The notes beneath the pieces were generated by a model, which saw only the letters and a list, made by a program, of their open reading frames with translations, did not search any database and was not told where the DNA came from. 64,000 nt of DNA. It comes from Puccinia triticina. Taxonomy: Eukaryota. Made by a program: the position numbers and the translations under genes. Each line of letters opens with the position of its first letter. The first letter of the stretch is position 1. Below are positions 35,933-47,445 of the stretch, one piece after another. The stretch is taken from assembly GCA_026914245.1 (NCBI GenBank), contig CP110439.1, forward strand, positions 558,001-622,000, in the 5' to 3' direction.

Positions 35933-36966
35933 CTATTTGCGGATCATCCTAAAGATGAAAAATGCAGCCGCCACATCTTCGAAAGGTTTTTTCAACTTGG
36001 TTTTGGTCCAGATCATCGCTCGTCGAGAAGAACCCATCTTTGAGATTTCTTTGTATTTGATCAAATCTTCTTGTATTGTTTCATCAAAATTAGTAAGTTT
36101 CGCGTATTCATCGCATTGCGCCAGGCCGGAGAACAATTTTACAATCTTTCCCTGTTCACTCAGCGACAACTGCTCGATGGGCTTGTCAATGTGGCGAAGT
36201 TTTAACCCATTTATTTTCAAATTCAATATTGCGAGCATTCTTGCGACGTCTAATTGCTCATCCCGCCAACTAGCCATGTGAAAAAATCCAGTTGGTTTCA
36301 AATTTTTGATTTCATCCATTGCCCTCTTGACCTGATCTTCTTTTCCGATAGATTCTTTCCAGATTTCAACTAAGTCAGGATACTCTTTTATAATTTTGTT
36401 TTTAAGGGAAGAGTAGGTGTATTTTTCTTCATGAACAGGCTGCCCGGCTTGATTTGTTACGACACCGTTTTGTAGGCTTGGGTTTTTTCCCCTCGTCTCC
36501 GCGTCGCTAGATCCACTAGGAAGGTATTCGCCACTGACCGGGTTAGTCACCTCAGATTTTTGGTCTATGAATTGTGTTGGCCCTCCTAAAGCGAAAGTTC
36601 CAGTGTCGACGCGCCCTGCGATACTGGAAACAAGGGATCACAGATGCTTTAGAATTCCCGCTAATCGCAATCGAAGTCACCTAAAGCTCTGGAGCGGAAA
36701 TGAGCAAACCTTTCGCCGTCACTCTCCTCTTCACCTTCTTCAATGACTTGCAGAGTGGAACGAGGCATGGCACGTCTCGCTAACACATGATTGTGAATAT
36801 TCGATATTTCGGAGAATATGCTACTCGCCTCATGGGATACGGGATCTTGCAGGAGAGAATGATGACTACCCGGCAAAAGATTTCCGTTGTCCACTGATAA
36901 TGGCCGCGCAAAATGTAAGTGATAGTGGGCAGATAAGGCCAAAAGGATTAGGAAGAGAGAGCACAT
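35933..36966 (-). CDS. Secreted protein, candidate effector (~315 aa, 2 exons)
   Basis: Signal-like MCSLFLILLALSAH, dibasic LARR site. An 86-nt GT-AG intron (36709-36624) joins two ORFs in frame. Confidence 0.8.
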
Positions 36967-38255
36967 TGTGCTCAAGGAGTTCGAATATCAATTCGTTAAT
37001 GGAGCAAGGTCAGACAGAAGAGGGTATTGCACTTCTTTTATATCTGATTTTATGTACTTTCACAGAACCACTCGGGTCGCAGAGGCAAAGTGCGCGCCCA
37101 GGGTACGCGTGTATCTTCTCGGGTGAAACCTGTTAGATACCTTTGGAAGGTGGGTCGCTGTATGATGGGCGTTTTCCAATGGCCCGGTGACCCGTGACGG
37201 CCTCTCCAGTTTAATAGGTTGAAAGGCTGGCCCCGGCAAACAACGGCGAGGGCTATTCGGACGCCCTATTGGCCCTTGGTAACTTTGCCACTTTACTCTC
37301 GCGCAACGCTGCCGGGTTCTGTGCGCACGGTTCCCGCAGTTTTTCGCCGACACCGCCACCTGCGCTAATGCACACACTGATGAGTAGGCGGCTTGTTACA
37401 GCGTCGCCGACGATTTCGCAGCGGCAGGACAGAGAAAATCTTCCAGAGAAATCGGGCAATACTATTACTGAGCAAACCTAGGCTCGAAACTTTCACATTT
37501 GCTGTGCGTCATGGGCCAAAATCATATCTTCGTCAAACCCGTTCCCAGTGGTAAGCGAAACACTTCCGACAAGTGATATTGGAATTTAATCAGCTGACCT
37601 GACGGGCCGCGACGGCGTTGCCTACCATTACTTGAAACATTGTTGGAGACGGCGTCCGCTGAGACAACCTGACTTGCATTCCTACTCCTCCCCGGAGTCC
37701 CGATGGGACCAAGTTCTGTGTACCCCGATGCGAGACGTCTCCCATGCCGGCACTCGCCCAGGCTGAGGTGAGGCCCTCCGATTCGGGCCAGGATTTGCAG
37801 TGATGAGTCACGGGTTCCCTGAGTTCTTCTGCACACATGCGTGTACGGAAAGTTTTCAGTCCAAAATTTACGTTGTGCAAAACAACCGGGCAAATAGGTT
37901 ACCGTGAGCTACATTTCTCGGTGTAATACTAGCTGAAAGCTCGATGGCTCAGCTGTGGATACATATAGCAGGATGGAACCCTATCATAATCCAGCCCGAG
38001 ATCTGTCACAGATATATACCCACGTGTTACAGGAAAATGATGCCTCCTTTCATGAAATGACAGGTCATGTGAAAGATTTTCTTAATTTTTTTGTCTGTTA
38101 CTAACAGGAAAACACTGCTGAAAGTGAGAGAACAGACGAAACGGGAAAAGATTCAACAAAGTCTATCTAAGCTTTCGATGGCAATCGAATGTAAAATGTT
38201 TTTAATTATTAAAACCAGACTCAAAGATTTTTTTTGAAAAAACATGCTTTTCTTT

Positions 38256-39929
38256 TCAAGGGGAGCTGGAATCGCTGGCTGAATTGGACAATTTGTCAGC
38301 AGGTTCCTCTTTGGTTCGGATCAGCTTGCTGGGTCGAAGCCATGCGCGGATTCGAAATGGGTCTAGAAAACTTTTAACGTTTTCTTTTACGTCCTGATTT
38401 TGAAGGATTCGATCTCCAGTTGGCCGAGGAGTTTTCGGAGGAGTTGGTGTTTTTTCGAGTTCTTCGCGAAGGCCGAGATACTTGAGCTGCGTATCTTCAG
38501 AGATCTGCAACAGTTCTTGATGCTCGAGACTTTCCAGCCAGGGTATATCTTGCGCGTTGTTGGGAAAAAATTGATCCTTGGCGGATTTAAAATTCTTGCG
38601 GTTGTCGAGTCGGAAATCGAGAGTTTTTCCTTCTCCGACTATTCCGTTCCTTTCTAGGCTATAGTCGAAAACCTTCAACATTCTAGGGACATCCAATCCT
38701 TGAGCTCTCCATGCAGAAATGGTCTCCGAAGGGATCTTGCCAGGATTCTTCATGTTTGCCAAAGCTTTCAGTAACTCAATCCGTGCTATGTACTCGTCCT
38801 CTTTTAAATGTCCTCTCCAAGCCTTAGATAGTCCATGATGTTCGGCTTTGAGAACGCTGATTTGATCCAAGGTTTCCTTGGCTTTTTCAGCACCGAACGC
38901 AGGGAAAAACTCTTTTCCTCCGAGCGCGTTTCCAAATTTTTTAACTGCCTCAATGGGGAAAGACTTGCCGATTTCTTGTTCCGCTTTTTGCCAGTTCGCA
39001 ACAATTCGAAACTGCTCCCTTTGTATGCCAAAAACATTATCCCTCCTCAAGTACTCCCTCTCAGTCAAGATTTTTCCGAAAAATTGGCGGAAGATGGAAT
39101 GAGGAACTGGATTGGCCTTCTTCCACTCTGAAAGGGATTTGTCCGTGTCTGGATCCAATTTCATCATCGTGGTGGATTTCTTACTGGATGCTGAGAAGGC
39201 TTGGTAATATTCGTCCAAAATTTGAGCTTCTTGACGGTTCAGTCTGTGTTTGACACGCAGGAGCCATGCGTTGAGCTCTATTTCATCCGCTCGATTAAAC
39301 TGCGTTACAGTGCCCCGCGGGCCAAATGGTAAATACTCCTTAGCTTGATCCCAAAACGTCGTCACTCGGTCCCAATAAGTTTTTTCTGGAAGCTGAACCG
39401 GCGTTTTGTCAATTTCAACGCTGCTCGCGAGTTCACGGTAAATGGATTTGAGTTGGCTGGCGCTTTCAGAAGTTGCCACCGGAGCCGGAGACGTCTGGCC
39501 TGATTTTTCGACAAGTGAATTCTCCTGGATTTTGCCGGATGCCTCGGTTGAGGATGCCGACGAAATTGTACCTGAACTTCTTGGCGAGTCATCGAAAGAC
39601 GAAGTGCGTGCAGGAGAAAACGTTTCCACCGAGTCGGTCGATGACCGTGAGCTGGACGAGTGATCACTTGACGACGGGAGGTCCACTCTTAGATCTTTTT
39701 CGGCCAAAGAAACGCCCGAGTTCTCTTTTAGTGGTTTCATAATGTCAAGGGGCCCAGCACTCGACGTGATCTGTGCATTTGCACGGCTGGCCGTAGCGAT
39801 GTCGGTGGCAGCTTGCCCGTCGTGGGTGGATTCAATGGTCGTGCGTGCGGTGTTTATTCCTTTGAGCATTGGGAGAGAGTCATAAAGAGGAAAATGAGCC
39901 AAGAAAGTCACCAGTGCGACATACCGCAT
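38256..39929 (-). CDS. Secreted protein, candidate effector, paralogue 2 (~557 aa, single exon)
   Basis: MRYVALVTFLAHFPLYDSLP. Shares blocks such as DQAKEYxPFGPRGTVTQF and MKNPGKIPxETISAWRAQGLDV with paralogue 1. Confidence 0.85.
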   Translation of the reverse strand: MRYVALVTFLAHFPLYDSLPMLKGINTARTTIESTHDGQAATDIATASRANAQITSSAGPLDIMKPLKENSGVSLAEKDLRVDLPSSSDHSSSSRSSTDSVETFSPARTSSFDDSPRSSGTISSASSTEASGKIQENSLVEKSGQTSPAPVATSESASQLKSIYRELASSVEIDKTPVQLPEKTYWDRVTTFWDQAKEYLPFGPRGTVTQFNRADEIELNAWLLRVKHRLNRQEAQILDEYYQAFSASSKKSTTMMKLDPDTDKSLSEWKKANPVPHSIFRQFFGKILTEREYLRRDNVFGIQREQFRIVANWQKAEQEIGKSFPIEAVKKFGNALGGKEFFPAFGAEKAKETLDQISVLKAEHHGLSKAWRGHLKEDEYIARIELLKALANMKNPGKIPSETISAWRAQGLDVPRMLKVFDYSLERNGIVGEGKTLDFRLDNRKNFKSAKDQFFPNNAQDIPWLESLEHQELLQISEDTQLKYLGLREELEKTPTPPKTPRPTGDRILQNQDVKENVKSFLDPFRIRAWLRPSKLIRTKEEPADKLSNSASDSSSP

Positions 39930-41413
39930 GTTGTGCACGAGATCAAAGCTTAGTTTGTGTGTCAACGGTGGAAAGACTGGAAGTAGTTAAATGAAAGGTG
40001 TTTTACTGTGTATGGTGTTAAGGGAAATCAAAACAAAAAAAGTGTGATGTTGTTCAGTGTTAGCTGAAGAGCTTGTAGGTAACAGGGAACTGTTTATTCC
40101 AATAAAAGTTGAGCTATTTCTGTGAAGGAGTGAAGTTGCGGACAACAATGCCAAGATGGGAAGTGCAGGACGTGGGGCGGGTTTGTTCGCAGGGAAAAGC
40201 TTTAAATACTCTCCCTCATGGTGATTTGGCCATCCGCACTCTTCCACTTGACACAGCCTTTCCTTCACGCGGTTGCCAGGTGTTGCCATCTTCCTAACTT
40301 TCTGAAGGAGAGGCAGTATGTATACAGTCTTTCCGGATACGCAGGAATCCAATACCCAAGACTAATAAGATGTAGATTCTAAATGTTGTACCTTGCCGCC
40401 TACGGCCAGAGCAGCGAACGACGTGCTCTTGATACATGGAATCCAAAACAAGGGAAGCATGAATCGGGACTCGGTTGATGAAGTTTGCATTTTTTTTTCT
40501 TCATCGGGACGATGGGGTTCAATCCGGCGAGTGCCGGTGGCTTTGCGAGATGATAATTACCCCTATATGCGCTTCGGAGCAGTAGCACATGCTTGGCTAT
40601 GGTTGTGGGGAATCGAGGTCACCGGTGACCTTGATCAGGCAATGAAACTCGTTCACCATCGATCCCATCCGCCACCGAGGGATACCCCGACTTGATACGT
40701 ACAAGGCTGTTGTCGGCCAGCCTGCCAGACCCTTGGTGATGAGATTGGAGGCATGCAACCCCTGCAAGTGTTTTGAAGAATCCCGAACACCTGGTCTAGG
40801 CAAAGGCCGAAGAACTCCAACTGGATAATTTATATTTATGTACCAAGTTGAATTTTGCTTTGTGTTTGATTTATCTCCCAAAAAATCATTGGAGGAACGC
40901 AGAACGCAGCTTGTAATTATCCCCCTTTTTGTCTCTGGTGAGCTGTTGTATTGCAATCATCTGTGAAATGAGAAGGATAAATAGACTATGGACATGGGAT
41001 GTATATATATGTGTGTTTTTTAAGAAAAAAGGAAATTGATAACCCCATTTATTACTATATGTAAAGAAACAGTGGAGGCACGAGTCTTCAATTGAAAAAA
41101 CAATTTAAGCAGCCCTATTGGGAGTGACGACTCCCAGGCCAAAAGAAGCAACAAGCAATTTTTGTAAGAAAGCTGGGCCAAGTAAATAGATGTGTATGTA
41201 TGTATCAAGGGGGTTTGGTTATACTCAGAGATAATCATCTTCTCTCCAGCAGAGAAAGAGAGACAGAGATAGAGAGAAGTAAGATCTAAAGCAGTTTTAA
41301 AGAGAAATTTTCATTTTGACCATAGAACACATCTTGACATTGGAAAGGAAGAAGAGAGAACAAATCAAATGGAAGGAAACATCAAAAGAAAATGCCTGTT
41401 TTAGACCGCCCTT

Positions 41414-43310
41414 CTACCAAGTAAGAGATGACATGTTGGCCCGGATGCGGTTGTACTCCAAAAGACCCTCGACCCGACCTAGAGCGGCCACAGCAATCTG
41501 AACGGCAGCGCAAAAAAAAAAGAAAAGAAAAGGATGCTTAGTTCATTGATATGATGACTGCAGTGATAGTCGGGATGTCACTTACATCCTTATCCCAGAG
41601 GTACTTTTGAGCAACACGACGGATCGTATCCGGGGTGACAGCCTCAACAGCGATCTGGATCTCCTGCGGGGTCATACGTTTGCCGGAGGTGACCAACTGT
41701 CTGCCGATGTCGTCGGCGATATTGTTGGATGAGTCCAAGCTGAAGAGCATGCTGGCCTTCAACTGGGATTTTGCCCTGGCCACCTCGATCTCGGTTGGAG
41801 CGGTGGACATGCGCTGCCATTCACGCAGGGTGATGTAGACTAGGTCGTCGATGTTGGTCAAGTTTTCGGAGACCATGTAGATCCCCCAGAGGCCGGTATC
41901 GGAGTAGGAGGTCGAGAAGGAGAGGAAGCTGTTCACGAGGTTGTTGCTCGACAGTGCGTGGCTCAATCGGGAGCTCATCAAGGGGCTCGAGCCCAGCGAT
42001 CGGTCCCAGTTGCCGAAGATGGATTGCATGACCAACATCGGGAAGAGGTCGGGGGAGTTCCAACCGACGCCTTCGACGGCGATCGCGAGGTTGATCGTGT
42101 CCATCGTGTCGTCTCGGATGCGCACTTCGGAACCGGTGAAGCCTGTGGGTTTGATCTGGCCCCGCCCGCCGAGTGGGATCGGCGAGGAGGAGGTGGGTAG
42201 ACTGCCCAAGTTCTTGCTGGCCAGCTCAACCAGTGCCTCGTGCTCCAATCCGCCCGCGCCGACGAGGACCATTCGGTCGGCGGTGTAGTTGGACTTGATG
42301 TATTCGACCAGATCCGGGCGTTGGATGGACATGATGGCTTGCTTGGGGCCGAGGATGGTCTTGCCGAGATCTTCTCCCTGGAAAGCGACGGCATGCAAGT
42401 GATCGAAGACGACCTCCTCGTGTGCCTTGTCGACTTCTTCTTGTTCACGTAGGATCACACTCCTCTCTCTTTCGATCGCGCCTTCGTCTAGTTTCGAGTT
42501 TTGCAAGATGTCGGAGATGATCTCGACCACCTTGGGTACATCGTGACTGAAACTACGGGCGAAGTAGCATGTCTGTTCTCGAGATGTGTATGCATTCAGA
42601 TGCGCTCCCAAGTTTTCGATTTCTAGCTCTAACGAATGTTGGGTTCGCTTTTGGGTACCTATAGAAAAAAGCGATTGAACACCAAGCACACATGTTGAGT
42701 CCCGATTGACAAGATTATTTGAGTTGAGGTTGTTTCAAAAATACCTTTGAAGGCTAAATGTTCTAAAAAGTGGGCGGTCCCGCCATGCTTGTCAGCTCGA
42801 CTTCCACTGTCAATCTTTGTATTTTTGTTTTTTGGAAACAAGGCGCGATAGGCTCAGTACCAATTCCTAATGAGGGGTGGAATCGGAACATGTGTGACTT
42901 ACCCAAATACCGACGGTAGCTGTTTGAGAGTGAGGGTGAGGCTCGGTGGCTACGGTCAACTGAAGACAAAAGTGATTATCTATCAATGCTGATCGTTCTA
43001 AAGAAAAGTGGCTCGTGATCACTTACGCCATTGGGTAGAGTCGAGATCCGGGTCTGGGGGAACGTTGAAGAGGGTGCGATTGTAGCCAGCGATCTGACAG
43101 AGGTGGATGGTACGGCCTAGAAAGCCAGGAGAGAATCGGCAGCGATTCGATTGGCGACCCCGCAAAGAGGGAAAGAGAAGATTGGCGAATGAGTGTTTGG
43201 GTTCAAGATGGAGGGTTTATTTTAATGGACTGAGTTCTTACGATCCGGCGAGTGGCTTGGGTGCGCAGGGCCTGGGATGGTTTGCTGAGGAGGAACCGTG
43301 AGGCGGACAT
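41414..43310 (-). CDS. MAS1: Mitochondrial processing peptidase beta subunit (M16 family), multi-exon
   Basis: Presequence-like N-terminus, GTAHFLEHLAFKGT (HXXEH), LNAYTSREQT, YSDTGLWGIY. Confidence 0.95.
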
Positions 43311-43984
43311 GGGGTTCTGGCTTGTCGGTTGGTCTTCGGTGGTGGTGGTGGCTGGGGTGGGGTGATGTGGTTCGTGGTGGCTGGTGCTGTGCTGGGCCCT
43401 GGCTGCTCCCGGCTGGGGATCGTCATCCGGTCCGACCGAGCCAGCCGAGGCCCATCGGGGAAAACAGGGGGCGCTCCAGAGGGGGGCCAGCTGCTGCGCC
43501 AGGCGGGCGAAGGGGGCTTGCATCCATCCACCAATCACACCTGGTCTAAATGTGCACTCTGTTGCCTACGCCACTCGGCGATCATCTCCTCTGCCGTGGA
43601 CCATGGCGCGTCATGATCTGCGGCAGACAAGATGAGGTTTCGGGGGATTGGCACCAACAGTGCTGCCGGCGTGGGTTCCCGGATTGACCATGGTTTCTTG
43701 AGCAAGTGCCGCAGGATTCAAGGTCCCTCGAGCAGTCCGTCCTCATCGTGCTCAAGATAAAGGCCTGTGGCTGAGATGGACACCCCTCCTCATCCCACAG
43801 AACATCGCCCATTCGAATTGGTATACTCCCTAATCCGCTTCATCTAGCTCTTCTCCAGAATCACCCTCCGGACGAGATTGAAAAGCTTTGATCTTGAGTG
43901 TATCACTGTACGGTTTGACTAAGTTAACGTAAATTAAACAGAAGACAATCACCGCCCACTCCCACAACCAGACAGATTTTTATC

Positions 43985-44848
43985 ATGATGGTTGCTTCTG
44001 CATTGGTGATGATTTCCTTCTTGGCGACCTTCCAAGCAACTTTCGCTCAGGACGCGGCCAGCGGAAAGACCGATCCATCCTCGACCCCTCCTCCCGCACC
44101 AGCGGGTGTTTCTAATTCGACAGGCGATGCATCAAGCGCGTTGGCTGATGGGGCCACCAAAGCCGCGACTGATGGTGCCTCTGCTGTGGCCAACGTAACA
44201 GGTGCAGCAATCAACGGTGCCCAAACTACCGTCTCCAATCTAACCACGCCCCAGGTTGATGATCAGAGCTGCGGGAGCTCTTCCAAAAATATCAATGCTT
44301 GTTTGGTTTGTTTTCGATATTTTTTTTTTAGAAGAATTTGAGATCAAGTCTTGGAATGCTCTATTCACTATTCCGTTCGCATATCCTTCCATTCTCCACA
44401 GAAACAAGTCGGAAAGGACGTTTCTTCCTGCCCTCAAACCGACGACGCCTGTCTGTGCCAGTGAGTGTACTATTCCTGTGGAACCAAGGTTGTTTGTCTT
44501 CATTTTGAGTTTAATGTTTTTTTTCTTCTTCTTCTTTCGTGCAGAACCTACGCCAACCTGGCGAGCTGTTACAACGGCTGCCCGAGCCTCAGTGCCCAGG
44601 GAGACCAGTACAAGTCACAGTCGGCTCAACATTGCAGTATGCCCGGTGTCTCCGAGAAAATCAAAACTGCTGCCGAGAAAAACTCCACAGCCATGGCTAC
44701 GCCTCACAACACGATGGATAACGGCAGCAGCGGCTCCAACGGGACGCCAAAGATGTCTGCCAAGTCGGCAGCCTTGGGAAGAGTGGAATTTTCCACTTTA
44801 GGATTCTTGACTACATTTTCCTCCGCCTTATTTGTACTCCTCGCATGA
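43985..44848 (+). CDS. Secreted Cys-containing, probably GPI-anchored protein (3 exons)
   Basis: Signal peptide, Ala/Thr-rich linker, spliced domain CPQTDDACLCQTYANLASCYNGCP, hydrophobic C-terminus. Confidence 0.82.
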
Positions 44849-45624
44849 TTAGACCTTTTTATTTCTTGTTAATAACCCCTTCCAGACTTGTCTCCTCGGA
44901 CACGCCTGTCTGAGCAGTGATTTGCTTCCCTTTCCTCCAAACATGCATTCAATTTTTTCCTCAGTCAGATATATGCTCTCCTCATCAAATTAGTCTACAA
45001 TATTATAACACTAACAAATGGCAGGGCTAATGGCAGGGCTAGCTGTGTGAGAGAAAGAAAAATAAGGTAGTCAACCACCTGATGTGGGTTCTGCAAGCTG
45101 TGTTATATGCCAGTGACATTCGCGCCTAGTCTGGTTCAGTCGTTTTGACGCCTAGTGAAGAGACAAAAAGCAGTGCGAGTCTGCGACTGCGTCTCTGTTA
45201 TGGGAGCACATGAGAAATGGATATTCACCTAAACCAAGCAATGTCATTGTAATCATAGGAGCGTGACTGTCAACTCAGGCATTCAATTTTATCCTTAAAT
45301 GTCTTTCTTCATGAGCGAGCCGATTATACCAAGAGGCAAGGAGGAAAAGGGATTTTACAGGGGAAAAAGGGAGAAACAACGCGAGGATTGTTGTTTTATT
45401 TTGATGAGGATGCGTAAGATGTATGATTACTGACAACAATTGTTCTATGTGTTCATTATTAACAATACAAAATGAAACCCTAAAACAAGTTGAGATCTTA
45501 TGCTTTTTTTCAACAAAAATCAAGTGATAAAGGAAGAAGAAAAGGGAAGATAAAAGGAGCAATAAACGAGAGCCTGATGATTCTTGATTTTGATTTTTTC
45601 CAAGTACTGCAAAGAATTCTTGTA

Positions 45625-47445
45625 TTATGTTCGGAATTGCGGTTGGAGCTGAGGATGATGGCATCTGTTATGGGTGACCGAGCTGATCGATCGATGGTCG
45701 GGTGAAGGAGATCCGGTGGCTAGGAAAAGCATCATTTCAGCTGCTGTGGTTTGGTCCCTGAGATCGTCATCTTCGGGGGTTGTGTTGGAATGGGCCTGAC
45801 TGGGGATTCGAGACATGCTCCACTTTGAGCGGATGATTTGTTCGGGTGTGTGGGGGTATGAGAACGGTTGAATTTGAGATCGGGGTTGGGTTGAGGGCGG
45901 TGCGCTGAAAGTGCCAGTGGTCATTTGAGGCGTCGTCCGGAGAGAAAATGCGTGAGTGCTTTCAGCTTCTGAATTATAGCTGGTAAGTCTGTGGTCAGGG
46001 GTTGCCCACACGGGCTGAGAAAGATTATTGCCAGGGTATATGTGCGGGGATAGTTCGGAGGGTTGAGAGGTGGGATTTGACTGTCGGCGGACTCGTGTTG
46101 GCGCTAGTTCGACTTGTTTTTGCTTCAATATTGTGCCCATCAGCTGTGGCTCGATTTGTTCAAAGGAGACGTCCTGCCACCCGTGCGATGCTTTAAAGCC
46201 CGCCAGACGAAGACGTGTCTGTAATGCACGCTTTGCCTAATATTCACAAGGTCCCAAAAACACGAGATGAAATGTTAGTCCTACTGATTCAGATCAACTG
46301 CTAACACGGGGATCATCATCCGGGCGGAAAAAAAGTTGATCAAAACGCTGTGAGAGGTATCGGGGAAGCTGCTCAAGTGATGATTGGATATGAGATCATC
46401 ACTCGGAATGAATTTGGCGGTTAGAGCCTATAGTACAGGCCTTGAAGCACCTGCAAAACCATCGGTGCATATCGGAAAAGGCTCTCGGTCTTCTAAATTC
46501 CATGTTGCAAGCACGTCACGGAAAAACCGGAGCTAGGGTCACCTGGCACATAAAGCCGACCGAACGGAGTACCAGAACACGTATCAGAAGGTCTTGAGGT
46601 TGGGGTTGATGTGACATGTGATTGCAGCGCAGCTTCACCCGACTTCACCCTGGTACCTAGGGCATGCGAGCCAAGACCGGGTCGGGGATCACAGAAAACT
46701 AGCATCCAAGCCGGAATAGACGCGTCTGATTGTGGTTGGTTCCTGGCTGGGTGCTTTCCGCTGCTCTGTTAAGCAGCGTATCGTGACGAGAGCGTGAACC
46801 TGACGCGCAATATGAAGCGTTTATGTGCAGGGTAGTTCGCGATAAAGAATCGTAACAGAAGAGGAGTGTTCATGTGATTGTCCTGAATCTGATCAACGCG
46901 AGAAGGGATATCGCCCCTGGTGTCCGGATGGTGCTCGGATAGAGCATCTACAGTCTCTGTATGTGAATGGACTGTAGGAAGAAATCTGACCAGCTTGCTG
47001 ATCAGGACGAAAGCACGGACCGGATCGGGATAATTGGTTAGCTCGAAGATCGAGCATGGCCTGGGTGAGCATAGTTGAGACCGTATGGTATTCTATATAA
47101 ATAGACCCAATCGGTTCAGGGAGCGCTACTGTATTCCGCTCCCATCCATATCGCCAAACGAGTTCACGCCCTCTGAATGTTTGCAGAGGAATGTGAAGGT
47201 AGAAAGACTAGCGGGTCTGACACGATCAACGAAGCGTAGGAGGTGACGTGGAACGCGAACTAGCGATAGGGACGCGCCGGATGACAGGACGAACCAGGGA
47301 GATTCGGAAAAGGCAAGCTGGGGGTGGAGAGAAAGACTGTGTGACTGACCTTTGATAATCTGACGCGCTTGAGGACCCGTTCAATGATGAGCCGGCGCTG
47401 AGCTTGCTCATCCGCTTCCAGGGGAGGTGGTGGCTGGCTAGACAT
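45625..47445 (-). CDS. Whi5/Nrm1-like G1/S transcriptional repressor (~235 aa, exons 47445-47350 and 46236-45625)
   Basis: LQTRLRLAGFKASHGWQDVSFEQIE (Whi5-type motif), C-terminal AAEMMLFLA, several SP/TP sites. Phase-0 intron GTCAGT...GACTAAC...TAG. Confidence 0.8.

Noticed and set aside
46237..47349. Telomerase RNA in the long intron
   Set aside because: No CCCTAA/TTAGGG template found on either strand within the intron.
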